32,000 nucleotides of DNA from Synechococcus elongatus PCC 11801 (GCF_003846445.2 NZ_CP030139.2:1807223-1839222); one strand, 5' to 3'; positions 8,397-18,703 are shown, counted from the first letter of the stretch. Notes: generated by a model from the sequence alone, not told the origin. Numbers and translations are program-made.

Positions 8397-8404
8397 TTTC
8401 CACA
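8323..8404. repeat. DnaA-box sub-array B: four perfect TTTTCCACA boxes in the opposite orientation
   Basis: TTTTCCACA at 8323-8331, 8334-8342, 8387-8395 and 8396-8404. The last two abut directly. Confidence 0.85.
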
Positions 8405-8491
8405 GCCCCTATTACTACTGATCTAAAAATTAAAAAGAGATCCGATCCAGTAATCGCACGGTCAAAAGGCCTGTGGAAGAGCAGTGCTACG

Positions 8492-9664
8492 ATGCTTTGG
8501 CAAGATTGCGATCAAGGGCTCGGGCAGCCTCCCCTCATGAAGTTGGTCTGTCGCCAAAACGAACTGAACACCAGTCTGTCGCTTGTTAGTCGTGCAGTGC
8601 CATCCCGCCCGAACCATCCGGTTCTCGCCAACGTCCTTTTGGCTGCTGACGCCGGTACGCAACGACTGAGCTTAACCGCCTTTGATCTCAGCCTTGGTAT
8701 TCAAACCAGCTTTGCAGCTCAAATCGAGCGGAGCGGTGCGATCACTCTGCCTGCAAAGCTGCTCAACGACATCGTTTCACGCCTGCCCAACGATAGCGAT
8801 GTCACGCTGGAAGAGCAGGAAACTGCGGCGACGCTATCGGTTGGCTCTGGCCAGTACCAAATGCGAGGCATTAGTGCTGACGAGTTTCCTGAACTCCCCC
8901 TCGTGCAAAGTCAGGAAGCACTGCAACTATCAGCCAGTGCTCTCATTGAGGGGCTACGCGGCACGCTTTTTGCAACGAGCAGTGATGAGACAAAGCAGGT
9001 TCTGACAGGGGTTCATCTCAAGGTGCAGCCCGATGGTCTGGAATTTGCTGCAACCGATGGCCATCGCTTAGCCGTGGTCAAAACCGAAAATGCAGCAGCA
9101 ATCCCAGCGGCTGAGTTCGCTGTTACGGTGCCGTCACGGGCGCTGCGGGACCTAGAACGGATGATCTCGATCCGCGGCAGTGATGAGGCGATCGCGCTCT
9201 ATCACGACCAAGGCCAAATTGTCTTCCAATGGGGTGACCAGTACCTGACTAGTCGGACGCTGGATGGCCAGTATCCCAACTACGGCCAGCTGATTCCGCG
9301 TGAGTTTAACCGCAATGTCGCCGTCGATCGCAAACGGCTCTTGGCAGCCCTCGATCGCATTGCAGTCCTTGCTGATCAGCAGAACAATGCGATTCGGCTC
9401 AAGCTCGATCCTGAGAGCAATAGCTTAGCTCTGTCGGTTGATGCACAAGACGTAGGCAGTGGCCAAGAAGTGGTGCCCGCTGAAATCATTGGTGAGCCGC
9501 TAGAAATTGCCTTTAACGTGCGCTATCTCTCGGAAGGGCTCAAGGCGCTGGCAACCACGGATATTCAAATTCAGCTCAACAGCAACACCAGTCCAGTGGT
9601 ACTCAGCCCTCTAGGCCCTGTCAAAATCACCTATCTGGTGATGCCGATTCAGTTGCGCAGCTAG
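8492..9664 (+). CDS. dnaN: DNA polymerase III beta subunit (sliding clamp)
   Basis: MKLVCRQNELNTSLSLVSRAVPSRPNHPVLANVLL... is a typical beta-clamp N-terminus, and the length and three-domain layout are consistent. The ATG at 8537 (MKLVC) is a plausible true start; the longest ORF begins at ATG 8492. Confidence 0.95.
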   Translation: MLWQDCDQGLGQPPLMKLVCRQNELNTSLSLVSRAVPSRPNHPVLANVLLAADAGTQRLSLTAFDLSLGIQTSFAAQIERSGAITLPAKLLNDIVSRLPNDSDVTLEEQETAATLSVGSGQYQMRGISADEFPELPLVQSQEALQLSASALIEGLRGTLFATSSDETKQVLTGVHLKVQPDGLEFAATDGHRLAVVKTENAAAIPAAEFAVTVPSRALRDLERMISIRGSDEAIALYHDQGQIVFQWGDQYLTSRTLDGQYPNYGQLIPREFNRNVAVDRKRLLAALDRIAVLADQQNNAIRLKLDPESNSLALSVDAQDVGSGQEVVPAEIIGEPLEIAFNVRYLSEGLKALATTDIQIQLNSNTSPVVLSPLGPVKITYLVMPIQLRS

Positions 9665-9694
9665 AGTTGAGATCCTTCTTGTTGCAGCTTGGTG

Positions 9695-10561
9695 ATGTCA
9701 GATCAGCCTGAGGAACTGCGGGTTAGCGACCTTCTCAATCGACAGGTCCTCGATCGCCAAACAACGGACGAGCACGGTCGCATCGATCGCGTTTGGATGC
9801 ATCCGCCTGCCCATCGGGTCTTGGGATTCCTCTGCCGGCAAGGGCTGATTCGTGGTGAGTTTTCTGCCTTTCGCCTCGATCAGCTGCATGCCCTCGGCGA
9901 CGATAGCGTTGTGCTGGAAGCAGCACCGCAGCCTGCGAATCCTGAAAAAATCGATCGCCTTGAATCACTGCTGCAGCACGAGGTTTGGACCGATGCAGGA
10001 CTCCACCTCGGCAAAATCGTTGACTGTTGCTTCGATCGACAGACCGGCTACATTCGCTCCTATCTGGTCAGCCCCCACGGATGGCGGGGTGTCGCGGGCA
10101 TGCTTTGGGATCTCGATCCAACCTTGGTGTTGAGCTATGGCCAAGAGCGGGTTCTGGTTGCAGAACTCGATCCTGAGGCATTGCCGGTCTATGACCTTGG
10201 GTTGGTGGAATCGGTCGCCGGGGCTGAACCGGACTATCGGCAACTATTGGGTGATCTTCGGCAGCGCGCCCGCCATTGGAAGCAGGAACTGAAGCTGCAG
10301 GTCAGCAAGGCGAAAGAACAAGCGCAGCAGGTACTTGCCCAAGTTCAAGAAGTGCGAGAGCAAGCCCAGCAGCCCTTGGATTGGGATGAGCCGCAGCCAA
10401 CACCCCTGGCAGATCTCTCGGACAGCAGTGAAGACTGGGAGGCGGTCGATACTGCCCTACAGCCCCTGCCGGAACTAAGACCTAAATCAGCCGCGATCGC
10501 CCCTCCAGTAGAGCCCTTGATTCCCCCAGAGGCTTTGGACGACGACGACCCGTGGGTCTAA
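9695..10561 (+). CDS. PRC-barrel domain protein (two PRC-like repeats, a Q-rich coiled coil and an acidic C-terminal tip)
   Basis: [25 protein letters not shown]...VLGF and [34 protein letters not shown] are PRC-barrel-like. The ATG at 9695 is preferred over the TTG at 9689. The protein ends in ...ALDDDDPWV. Confidence 0.65.
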   Translation: MSDQPEELRVSDLLNRQVLDRQTTDEHGRIDRVWMHPPAHRVLGFLCRQGLIRGEFSAFRLDQLHALGDDSVVLEAAPQPANPEKIDRLESLLQHEVWTDAGLHLGKIVDCCFDRQTGYIRSYLVSPHGWRGVAGMLWDLDPTLVLSYGQERVLVAELDPEALPVYDLGLVESVAGAEPDYRQLLGDLRQRARHWKQELKLQVSKAKEQAQQVLAQVQEVREQAQQPLDWDEPQPTPLADLSDSSEDWEAVDTALQPLPELRPKSAAIAPPVEPLIPPEALDDDDPWV

Positions 10562-10604
10562 CGCCGATACAATTAAGGACGACTTCTGCGGGAATTCCAA
10601 AGCC

Positions 10605-12938
10605 ATGACGGCGATCTCCTCTGCTCCCTTTTCGGCCGATGAAATTGCTGCTGAGGGCATCAAACCCGAGGAGTACGATGCCATTGTCGAGCGGCTGGGC
10701 CGCCATCCCAACAAAGCCGAGCTGGGCATGTTTGGGGTGATGTGGTCGGAGCACTGCTGCTACAAAAACTCGCGACCGCTGCTTAGTCAATTCCCGACGG
10801 AAGGCCCGCGCATTCTTGTCGGTCCTGGTGAGAATGCCGGTGTCGTTGATCTAGGCGACGGCCTGCATCTCGCCTTCAAAGTCGAGTCGCACAATCACCC
10901 ATCTGCTGTGGAGCCGTTTCAAGGAGCAGCGACAGGGGTTGGTGGCATTCTCCGCGATATTTTCACGATGGGAGCCCGCCCGATCGCGATTCTCAACTCC
11001 CTCCGCTTTGGTGACCTCGAGCAGCCCCGGACGCGGCGACTGTTCCACGGTGTGGTCTCAGGGATTAGTCACTACGGCAACTGTGTCGGTGTGCCAACAG
11101 TGGGCGGCGAAGTCGCCTTTGACCCGGCCTATAACGGCAATCCCTTGGTCAATGCCATGGCCTTGGGGCTGATGGAAACTGACGAGATTGTCAAAGCAGG
11201 CGCTTCGGGGATTGGTAATCCGGTGCTGTACGTCGGTTCGACCACGGGACGCGACGGCATGGGTGGGGCCAGCTTTGCCAGTGCTGAGCTGAGCGATGAG
11301 TCGATGGACGATCGCCCGGCGGTGCAAGTCGGCGATCCCTTCCTTGAAAAATCGCTGATTGAAGCTTGCTTGGAGGCCTTCAAAACCGGCGCTGTCGTTG
11401 CTGCGCAGGATATGGGCGCGGCAGGCCTGACCTGCTCAACGGCAGAAATGGCCGCTAAGGGCGGCGTGGGCGTCGAGCTGGATCTCGACCTGATTCCTGT
11501 GCGCGAAAGCGGCATGGTGCCCTACGAGTACCTGCTCTCGGAATCGCAGGAGCGGATGCTATTTGTGGCCGCGGCTGGTCGCGAGCAAGAGCTAGTCGAC
11601 ATCTTCCACCGCTGGGGGTTGCAAGCCGTTGTCGCCGGCAAGATTATTTCCGAGCCAATCGTGCGGATTTTCTGGCAAGGGGCGATCGCGGCGGAAATTC
11701 CGGCCACAGCGCTTTCCGACAATACGCCGATCTACCACCGGCAGCTCCCAGACGAGCCGCCCGCCTATGCCCAACAAGCTTGGCAATGGTCGGTGGATCA
11801 GCTTCCTGCTGCCACTGCGACAGGTTGTGGCGATCGCAGTTGGAATGATCTGCTGTTGACTCTGCTGGATAGCCCCACGATCGCTTCCAAGCGCTGGGTC
11901 TATCGCCAGTACGACCACCAAGTCCAGAACAACACGGTTGTCTTGCCGGGGGCGGCAGATGCCGCTGTGGTGCGGTTACGACCGCAGATGGGCGCTGCTG
12001 CGCTGAAAACGTCCAACAAGGGCGTGGCAGCCACCACGGACTGCAATGCTCGTTACTGCTACCTGCAGCCCTACGAGGGGGCAAAAGCGGCGGTTGCAGA
12101 GGCGGCCCGCAACCTCAGCTGTGTTGGTGCTGAACCGCTGGCCGTGACCGATAACCTCAACTTTGGCAGTCCTGAGAAGCCGATCGGTTATTGGCAGTTG
12201 GCTGAAGCGTGCCGTGGTTTGTCGGAAGCCTGCCGCGAATTTGCGACGCCGGTGACTGGCGGCAACGTCTCGCTCTATAACGAAACGCTGGACTCTGAAG
12301 GGCAACCGCAGCCGATTTACCCAACGCCGGTGGTTGGCATGGTGGGTTTGGTTCCCAACCTCGATCGCGTTTGTGGTCAAGGTTTCCAATCCGTTGGCGA
12401 TCGCCTCTACCTGCTGGGTCTGCCAACACAAGCGACTGACGATCGCCTCAGCTTGGGGGGCAGTGAATATCTCGCGATCGCCCATCAAACGGTGGCAGGG
12501 ATGCCGCCACGGGTGGACTTCGACCTAGAGCGGCGAGTGCAGGCTGTCTGTCGCCTGGGCATTCATCAAGGTTGGATTCGATCGGCCCACGACAGTGCTG
12601 AAGGCGGCTTGGCGGTGGCGATCGCTGAATCGGCGATTGCCGGTTCACTGGGCGCTCGGGTCAATTTGGGTGAACTGATCGGCCATCGCCCCGATTGGTT
12701 GCTGTTCGCCGAAGGCGGTGCTCGGATTCTTGTTTCTGTCAATCCGGCTAATGTTTCGGCTTGGGAAGCGGAACTACAGGCGCAAATCCCAGCTGCTTGG
12801 CAAGCAATCGGCACCGTTGCTGAAGCAGACGCTGGACTGGCAATTACTGCTGGAAATCAGCCGCTCATCCAGCTTTCAGTCGATCAGCTCCAGCAGACTT
12901 GGGGCGGGGCGATCGAACGTCGTTTGGCCAAAGACTAA
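10605..12938 (+). CDS. purL: Phosphoribosylformylglycinamidine synthase subunit II
   Basis: 777 aa. It contains [19 protein letters not shown] and [26 protein letters not shown], the duplicated AIR-synthase-like fold signatures. Confidence 0.95.
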   Translation: MTAISSAPFSADEIAAEGIKPEEYDAIVERLGRHPNKAELGMFGVMWSEHCCYKNSRPLLSQFPTEGPRILVGPGENAGVVDLGDGLHLAFKVESHNHPSAVEPFQGAATGVGGILRDIFTMGARPIAILNSLRFGDLEQPRTRRLFHGVVSGISHYGNCVGVPTVGGEVAFDPAYNGNPLVNAMALGLMETDEIVKAGASGIGNPVLYVGSTTGRDGMGGASFASAELSDESMDDRPAVQVGDPFLEKSLIEACLEAFKTGAVVAAQDMGAAGLTCSTAEMAAKGGVGVELDLDLIPVRESGMVPYEYLLSESQERMLFVAAAGREQELVDIFHRWGLQAVVAGKIISEPIVRIFWQGAIAAEIPATALSDNTPIYHRQLPDEPPAYAQQAWQWSVDQLPAATATGCGDRSWNDLLLTLLDSPTIASKRWVYRQYDHQVQNNTVVLPGAADAAVVRLRPQMGAAALKTSNKGVAATTDCNARYCYLQPYEGAKAAVAEAARNLSCVGAEPLAVTDNLNFGSPEKPIGYWQLAEACRGLSEACREFATPVTGGNVSLYNETLDSEGQPQPIYPTPVVGMVGLVPNLDRVCGQGFQSVGDRLYLLGLPTQATDDRLSLGGSEYLAIAHQTVAGMPPRVDFDLERRVQAVCRLGIHQGWIRSAHDSAEGGLAVAIAESAIAGSLGARVNLGELIGHRPDWLLFAEGGARILVSVNPANVSAWEAELQAQIPAAWQAIGTVAEADAGLAITAGNQPLIQLSVDQLQQTWGGAIERRLAKD

Positions 12939-13022
12939 CCGCAAGGCTTAACTCATTGTTAAATTTGCATTAGCCGCTACAACGCTGGCCATCTTTTTGC
13001 CAATCAGGAGCTCTGCAAGGGC

Positions 13023-14504
13023 ATGATCCCGACTCAGCCGCTGACCACCGATCTGGATTGCGATTTGGGTCTGGAGCGACCTGACCGTCCTGAAGAAGCC
13101 TGTGGGGTGTTTGCCCTCTATGCGCCGGGCGAAGAAGTGGCGCGCATGGCCTATTTCGGGCTGTACGCGCTCCAGCACCGGGGCCAAGAGTCGGCAGGGA
13201 TTGCCGTCTTCGAGGGCGATCGCGTCATGCTCCACAAGGATATGGGGCTGGTCTCCCAGGTATTTGATCCGGAGATTCTGCAACAACTGCAAGGTAGCCT
13301 CGCGGTGGGGCACACCCGCTACTCCACCACGGGATCGAGCCGTATTGCCAATGCTCAACCAGCGCTACTCGAAACCCGCCTCGGGCCCGTCGCACTGGCC
13401 CACAACGGCAACTTGGTCAACACCGTAGAGCTGCGCCAAGAACTGCTATCCAAGAACCATGAACTGACGACCACCACCGATTCGGAGCTGATTGCTTTCG
13501 CGATCGCGGAAGCGGTGGCTGAAGGTCAAGACTGGCGCGGGGCGATCGAGTCCGCCTGTCGCCGTAGTCAAGGGGCTTTTAGCCTCACGATTGGCACTCC
13601 TGAAGCGCTCTACGGCACCCGCGATCCCAATGGCATCCGGCCGTTGGTGCTGGGCACGCTAGAGAGCCAAGGGCACACCCGCTATGTGCTTTCGTCAGAA
13701 ACCTGCGGCCTCGACATCATCGGTGCGGACTATGTGCGCGATATCGCACCGGGCGAAATGGTGCGGATTACGGAAGCTGGCCTGGAAAGCTGGACTTGGG
13801 CAGAGGCGCCGCAGCCGAAGCTCTGCGTCTTTGAGATGATCTACTTCGCGCGGCCCGATAGCCTCTTCCATGGCGAGTCGCTCTATAGCTATCGCCGCCG
13901 CATTGGCCAACGCTTAGCCAAGGAAGCTCCGGCGGATGTCGACCTCGTGCTGGGTGTACCTGACTCCGGCATTCCCGCTGCGATCGGTTTTTCTGAAGCG
14001 CTCGGCATTCCTTATGCCGAAGGGTTGATCAAGAACCGCTACGTGGGGCGGACGTTTATTCAGCCCACCCAATCGATGCGGGAAACGGGTATTCGCATGA
14101 AGCTCAATCCGCTCAAGGATGTCTTGGCGGGTAAGCGGATCGCCATCATCGATGATTCGATCGTGCGGGGAACCACGAGTCGCAAGCTCGTCAAAGCCTT
14201 GCGGGATGCTGGCGCGACGGAAGTGCACATGCGCATTTCCTCCCCACCGGTAACCCATCCCTGCTTCTACGGCATTGACACGGATACCCAAGACCAGCTG
14301 ATTGCGGCGACGCGATCGGTCAGTGAAATTACTGAGCAGATTGGTGTTGATTCTCTGGCTTACCTGACCGAACAGGGGATGTTGGAAGCAACCCAAGAGA
14401 GCATCGGTAACTTCTGCACCGCTTGCTTTAACGGTCGCTACCCGATCGCGATTCCAGAAGAGATCAAGCGATCGAAGCTGATGCTGGAAACCGTAACGGC
14501 CTAA
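13023..14504 (+). CDS. purF: Amidophosphoribosyltransferase
   Basis: The catalytic N-terminal Cys context is EEACGVFALYAP, preceded by a propeptide of about 27 aa. Other motifs are LQHRGQESAGIA, the PRPP-binding IIDDSIVRGTT, and C-terminal Cys residues (CTACFNGRYP). Confidence 0.95.
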   Translation: MIPTQPLTTDLDCDLGLERPDRPEEACGVFALYAPGEEVARMAYFGLYALQHRGQESAGIAVFEGDRVMLHKDMGLVSQVFDPEILQQLQGSLAVGHTRYSTTGSSRIANAQPALLETRLGPVALAHNGNLVNTVELRQELLSKNHELTTTTDSELIAFAIAEAVAEGQDWRGAIESACRRSQGAFSLTIGTPEALYGTRDPNGIRPLVLGTLESQGHTRYVLSSETCGLDIIGADYVRDIAPGEMVRITEAGLESWTWAEAPQPKLCVFEMIYFARPDSLFHGESLYSYRRRIGQRLAKEAPADVDLVLGVPDSGIPAAIGFSEALGIPYAEGLIKNRYVGRTFIQPTQSMRETGIRMKLNPLKDVLAGKRIAIIDDSIVRGTTSRKLVKALRDAGATEVHMRISSPPVTHPCFYGIDTDTQDQLIAATRSVSEITEQIGVDSLAYLTEQGMLEATQESIGNFCTACFNGRYPIAIPEEIKRSKLMLETVTA

Positions 14505-14537
14505 GCCGATTACGGATATCTACAGGCGATCGCAGGT

Positions 14538-16133
14538 TTACTCTTTGAGTTCTTTCTGCGATCGCTGGTTTTGCCATGCGGCGTAAAAGAGCAACAGACT
14601 CAGCAGCACATAACCGATCGCCCATTCGCTGCCTGCACCCCAACCCAGCTGAATTACCGTGTCTGAGGCGATCCATTCGTAACTGTGAATCAGGCCGATC
14701 CAGCTCAGCAGGGCAGCAATCAAGCTACAGAGGGCAGCCCAGCCAAACTGACGTTCGATGATGTAGACCGTCATGGCTGCCAGCAACATGGCTGAGAAAA
14801 TTTGCCCTTGTTCCAAGGCCAAGACTCCTGACAGGTAGAGGTCTTGGCGCTGAAACGGTTCGATCAAAGCAGCGCTAAAGGGTTTGTCCGCTGTACCTAA
14901 ACCAGCAATGCGGAGACTCGTTTTAATCGTCTGAGCGCCCCAGGCGGCAATGCCGGGCATCAGCCCGACCACGACGGCGGGTGCATGGGCGATCGGCGTC
15001 GTCTGAAAACTTTGGGCACTGATCACAATGCCAATCCAGAGCACGATCGCCATGCCTGCATCGATCGGAATGAAGTAGGAAAGCAGGCCAATGGTACCGG
15101 TCAGGCAAATTACGCCCATGACCAAGCCATTCAGCCAGGAATAACCCACCTTGGCGCCTAAGGCTTTCCAGCCGGGATGACCGATGTAGATCGTGGTTGG
15201 GAAACAGGAGCCGCAGACTGCAGCCACTAACGTTCCGATGCCATTGGCAGCGAGACAGGGTTTGGTGGGATAGCGATCGCCCGCTGCTTCAGCACTTTCG
15301 AGGTTTTGCAGACTGCCGACCAAGTTGAACAGACCCATCGGCAGAATCACGCTCAGCTGCGAGAGCAAAATTGATCGCGATTCCCAAATTGCTGAGAGGT
15401 GCAGGCTGGGACCGTGCCAGCCAATCGGTTCCAACGCCAGGCCAAAGCTGTTGCTATCCCAGCGGGAAAGACCGGTGATCCAAGCCAAAGCAGTACCGAG
15501 AAGAACCGCGAGAAGGCCGCCCGGAATTGGGAATTTCATTCGACCAAAGTAGGTCAGCAAAATCACACCGAAGGGCACTAATCCCACGATCGGATGGGCG
15601 TAGGTCCGGAACAAAAAGCCCAGGGCAATAAAGGTGATTGCAATCCCGGCTAAGGTCGAAAGCAACGCAGCTCGCGGCAGCCAGCGTCGCAGCGGATCGC
15701 TCACCCAAGCGCCGAATAACTCAATCACCCCGGAGCCTAGGCAGGCGACTAATCCTGCGGACCAAGAGGCTTCGATAGCGGCCTCCTCTGAGAACCCCTG
15801 ACTCAAGGCGGTGAGCTTGACCGGCAGCATCACCAAGAAGACGTAGGCAAACAGACTGACGGTGTTGATGCCGTAGGGAATCGCTGTGCGATCGCTTCTG
15901 TCTTCCTGCTCATCCAATCGGTAGGCCAGCCAGCTGTAGTAGACGTTGCCGACGATTAAGCTGAGAGCGATCGCGGGCAAAATCCGCTCGTAGACCAAGC
16001 TAGGCGGGTAGCCCAACAGGCCTTGGCACAGCCCAAGGATCAGCAGGATTTGAATCAGGTTATCGAGAGCAAGACCGAGAAAACCATCCAAGTCTTGTCC
16101 GACAAACCAGCGAGGGCGATCGCGACTGATCAT
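14538..16133 (-). CDS. Polytopic membrane permease, tentatively of the xanthine/uracil/vitamin C (NCS2/AzgA-like) superfamily
   Basis: 531 aa that are hydrophobic throughout, with at least 10 predicted helices by eye. The family call is from memory of similarly annotated cyanobacterial proteins. The substrate is unknown. Confidence 0.6.
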   Translation of the reverse strand: MISRDRPRWFVGQDLDGFLGLALDNLIQILLILGLCQGLLGYPPSLVYERILPAIALSLIVGNVYYSWLAYRLDEQEDRSDRTAIPYGINTVSLFAYVFLVMLPVKLTALSQGFSEEAAIEASWSAGLVACLGSGVIELFGAWVSDPLRRWLPRAALLSTLAGIAITFIALGFLFRTYAHPIVGLVPFGVILLTYFGRMKFPIPGGLLAVLLGTALAWITGLSRWDSNSFGLALEPIGWHGPSLHLSAIWESRSILLSQLSVILPMGLFNLVGSLQNLESAEAAGDRYPTKPCLAANGIGTLVAAVCGSCFPTTIYIGHPGWKALGAKVGYSWLNGLVMGVICLTGTIGLLSYFIPIDAGMAIVLWIGIVISAQSFQTTPIAHAPAVVVGLMPGIAAWGAQTIKTSLRIAGLGTADKPFSAALIEPFQRQDLYLSGVLALEQGQIFSAMLLAAMTVYIIERQFGWAALCSLIAALLSWIGLIHSYEWIASDTVIQLGWGAGSEWAIGYVLLSLLLFYAAWQNQRSQKELKE

Positions 16134-16205
16134 CAGGAGTGAGGGCGCAACGACAAATACTGCCGCTCATTTTGCTGGCAAGTGCTGAGAACTGCAGCGT
16201 CTGCG

Positions 16206-16619
16206 CTAGCAATCTTCTAAATCTGGTGCAGAACTGGAGCGATTGTTGGTAGAGGGCTGTGAGGCGTGGAGCGATCGCCAGGCGGCTTTGACCCCTGCCG
16301 TTAAACTGCGAGTCGTGCGCTGAGCGTTAGTTGCTTGCTCCCGCACGCCCTGTAGCCCCGCGTCGAGTTGCTTGACCACGGAACCGGCACTGCGGACGCT
16401 TTCACTCATCTCATCCGTCAGTTCACTGACTTCTAAGCCCGTCAGCCGCATGGCTTCCAGCGTCGGCGGCAGTTCCCGAGCGAGCATATCCAACAGCCGC
16501 TGGGCACTCCGCGCTGTCCGCGCTAGTTCTTGCACGGCTGGAACTGCCACCCAGAGCAGCACCGACAGGCTAGCAGCGACGAATAGGAAGGAAATCCCCA
16601 GCCAAAAAATGGGCGTCAT
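16206..16619 (-). CDS. DUF948-like membrane-anchored coiled-coil protein
   Basis: It has an N-terminal TM helix (IFWLGISFLFVAASLSVLLWVAV) followed by a long helical region (ELARTARSAQRLLDMLARELPPTLEAMRLTGLEVSELTDEM...). Its ATG overlaps the upstream stop (ATGA at 16619-16616). Confidence 0.55.
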   Translation of the reverse strand: MTPIFWLGISFLFVAASLSVLLWVAVPAVQELARTARSAQRLLDMLARELPPTLEAMRLTGLEVSELTDEMSESVRSAGSVVKQLDAGLQGVREQATNAQRTTRSLTAGVKAAWRSLHASQPSTNNRSSSAPDLEDC

Positions 16620-16966
16620 GAGGCCGACTGGTCGGGGCTAGAGGACTCACGCTCACTGACGGATTCCACCGCGATTGTCGTGGTTTGCCATTCCTGTTTG
16701 GCTGCTGCCACACCCGATCGCCAAGCCTGTTGGAGACGACCGCGCACAGTGCCCCAGCGATCGCCGGCTACAACTCCCAGCCGTTCCGCTTGTTCCTGTA
16801 CCTTTTCTGCAACCTCAGCGGTGACCTCGGGCAGATGCTCTAAGGATTGCTGCAGAACAACGCGAGTCTCTTTGCCGCGCCGAGGAGCCGTCAGGAGCGC
16901 CGCGATCGCCCCAGCAGTTGCCCCCAGCAACACACCACTCCAAAACTTGTCGCGCGAAGAGGTCAT
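16616..16966 (-). CDS. YtxH-domain protein
   Basis: The internal ATG at 16966 gives [35 protein letters not shown], which matches the YtxH signature G-x3-G-x-(L)L-x-AP-x-x-GKETR. This ATG overlaps the upstream gene's stop (ATGA at 16966-16963). The longer track ORF (to 17086) would overlap the upstream gene by 124 nt. Confidence 0.7.
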   Translation of the reverse strand: MTSSRDKFWSGVLLGATAGAIAALLTAPRRGKETRVVLQQSLEHLPEVTAEVAEKVQEQAERLGVVAGDRWGTVRGRLQQAWRSGVAAAKQEWQTTTIAVESVSERESSSPDQSAS

Positions 16967-17373
16967 TGGGCTGCCCGAGACTTTTTCGGTGGGGTGAACA
17001 GAGGAACCCACGGCTGCACGAGTCCCAGAAATTTCAGCAATAGTTGCCACTGCTGCCACAGTTGCCGCAGCCGTAGATATTGCCAACGACTTTGACTCAC
17101 CTGATCCGCCGCCTGCTGTAAATCAGCCGGAGCTGCAGCCAGCACCGTACTGACCTGCCGATTGACCTGCCGCAGCTCTCGCCGCCACTGGCGCAGATTG
17201 CCGCGCAGACGCCAGACCTTGCCAGCCGCCCACAACAGCACCAGCGCCAGAATTCCGTTTGCGATCGCGATCGCCCAAGTCAGCACAGCCGAAGGCTCAA
17301 AAATGCTCCCTGCAATGATAGCGACCTTCTTCTGAGACCGCAGGCAAACTGCGATAATAAAAGGCTGTTTCAA
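16963..17373 (-). CDS. Small membrane-anchored R/Q/W-rich coiled-coil protein; the start is uncertain
   Basis: TM segment [19 protein letters not shown] followed by [20 protein letters not shown]...[12 protein letters not shown]. The track start, TTG 17373, is only 17 nt from the argG ATG. GTG 17286 (MLTWAIA...) is an alternative start. Confidence 0.45.
   Translation of the reverse strand: MKQPFIIAVCLRSQKKVAIIAGSIFEPSAVLTWAIAIANGILALVLLWAAGKVWRLRGNLRQWRRELRQVNRQVSTVLAAAPADLQQAADQVSQSRWQYLRLRQLWQQWQLLLKFLGLVQPWVPLFTPPKKSRAAQ
17330..17358 (+). promoter_or_regulatory. Candidate sigma70-type promoter for argG
   Basis: TTCTGA (17330-17335), a 17-nt spacer, then GATAAT (17353-17358), 33 nt upstream of the argG ATG. 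This is hexamer matching only. Confidence 0.25.
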
Positions 17374-17390
17374 CAGCGGAGTGGATTGTC

Positions 17391-18593
17391 ATGGGTCGCG
17401 CCAAGCGGGTGGTTCTGGCCTATTCAGGAGGCGTCGATACCTCGGTCTGTATTCCCTACCTCAAGCAAGAGTGGGGCGTCGAAGAGGTGATTACGCTGGC
17501 CGCTGACCTTGGTCAAGGCGATGAACTCGGACCGATCCGCCAGAAAGCCCTAGACTCGGGTGCAGTGGAATCGCTAGTGGTGGATGCTACCGCTGAGTTT
17601 GTCCGCGACTACGCTTTCCCAGCGATCCAAGCCAACTCCCTCTACGAAGGTCGCTATCCGCTCTCGACCGCGTTGGCCCGGCCGCTGATTGCCAAGCTCT
17701 TGGTGGAAGCGGCAGCGAAATATGGTGCTGACGCCGTTGCTCACGGTTGCACCGGTAAAGGCAATGACCAAGTGCGATTTGATGTCTCGATCGCCGCGCT
17801 CAATCCTGACCTGAAAGTGCTGGCACCGGCACGGGAATGGGGCATGAGCCGCGAGGAAACGATCGCCTACGGTGAGCGCTTCGGTATTCCGGCTCCCGTC
17901 AAAAAATCCTCGCCCTACAGCATCGATCGCAATCTCTTGGGTCGCAGCATCGAAGCTGGCCCACTCGAAGATCCGCTGCATGAGCCGCTGGAGGAGGTCT
18001 ACGCCCTCACAAAAGCGATCGCCAATACTCCCGATGAACCGGCCTACATTGAGCTGGGCTTTGAGAAAGGGCTGCCAGTCACATTAAATGGACAAGCGCT
18101 GGAGCCCGTCGCGCTGATTCAGCAACTGAATGCGATCGCCGGTGAGCATGGCATTGGCCGGATCGACATGATCGAAAATCGCTTGGTCGGGATCAAGTCG
18201 CGGGAAATCTACGAAACCCCAGCTCTCTTGGTGCTGATTCAAGCCCACCAAGATCTGGAAAGCCTTGTCCTCACTGCCGATGTCAGCCAGTACAAACGCA
18301 GCATCGAAAACAGCTGGTCCAACTTGGTCTACAACGGCCTCTGGTACAGCCCGCTGAAAGCAGCACTGGATGCCTTCATTCAGCAAACGCAAGCCCGCGT
18401 CACCGGCACCGTTCGCCTCCGCCTGTTCAAAGGCAATTCCACTGTTGTGGGTCGCAGCTCCGAGCTGTCGCTCTACAGCCCCGACATGGCCACCTACGGT
18501 GCTGAAGATCGCTTCGACCACAAGGCAGCAGAAGGCTTCATTTACGTTTGGGGCATGCCGACTCGCATCTGGTCGCAAACCCAGAACCGCTAG
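17391..18593 (+). CDS. argG: Argininosuccinate synthase
   Basis: [13 protein letters not shown] (ATP pyrophosphatase P-loop), [14 protein letters not shown] and [20 protein letters not shown]. Confidence 0.96.
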   Translation: MGRAKRVVLAYSGGVDTSVCIPYLKQEWGVEEVITLAADLGQGDELGPIRQKALDSGAVESLVVDATAEFVRDYAFPAIQANSLYEGRYPLSTALARPLIAKLLVEAAAKYGADAVAHGCTGKGNDQVRFDVSIAALNPDLKVLAPAREWGMSREETIAYGERFGIPAPVKKSSPYSIDRNLLGRSIEAGPLEDPLHEPLEEVYALTKAIANTPDEPAYIELGFEKGLPVTLNGQALEPVALIQQLNAIAGEHGIGRIDMIENRLVGIKSREIYETPALLVLIQAHQDLESLVLTADVSQYKRSIENSWSNLVYNGLWYSPLKAALDAFIQQTQARVTGTVRLRLFKGNSTVVGRSSELSLYSPDMATYGAEDRFDHKAAEGFIYVWGMPTRIWSQTQNR

Positions 18594-18624
18594 GGCCAAG
18601 TCTTAACGCTTGACTAAATCGCGA

Positions 18625-18658
18625 GGGCTGAGAGCTAAGAAGCATCAGCCCCTTTTTT
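18625..18658 (+). terminator. Rho-independent terminator downstream of argG
   Basis: GGGCTGA (18625-18631) pairs with TCAGCCC (18645-18651), followed by C and TTTTTT (18653-18658). It lies 32 nt after the argG stop. Confidence 0.6.
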
Positions 18659-18703
18659 ATTGCAAAAGTTCCCGAGAAGTGGTGCACCACCAGCGATCGC
18701 AAC

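Larger units (their letters stand above)
8218..8480. other. Chromosomal replication origin (oriC) DnaA-box cluster upstream of dnaN
   Basis: Eleven nonamers match TT(A/T)TCCACA with at most 2 mismatches. They start at 8218, 8230, 8242, 8253, 8273 and 8304 (TGTGGAnnn orientation), at 8323, 8334, 8387 and 8396 (TTTTCCACA), and at 8472 (TGTGGAAGA). An AT-rich stretch lies at 8411-8440 and dnaN follows immediately. oriC upstream of dnaN is the known arrangement in S. elongatus. Confidence 0.85.

Noticed and set aside
8218-8404. Short, closely spaced repeats that could superficially be taken for a CRISPR-like or minisatellite array.
   Set aside because: The repeat unit is a 9-mer matching the DnaA-box consensus in two orientations with irregular spacing. 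There are no uniform spacers or longer repeats and no cas genes, and the position upstream of dnaN identifies it as oriC.
11976-12488. Long antisense or alternative-frame ORFs inside well-supported genes. Examples are 11976..12488 and 11644..12084 in purL, 13914..14396 and 12948..13358 in purF, 18084..18599 in argG, 5746..6147 in the cbiX-like gene, 25419..25856 in glyS, and 837..1202 in thrS.
   Set aside because: These are shadow ORFs typical of GC-rich coding DNA. Their translations are low-complexity and R/A/G/P-rich with no recognisable motifs, and the opposite or other frame has unambiguous homology.
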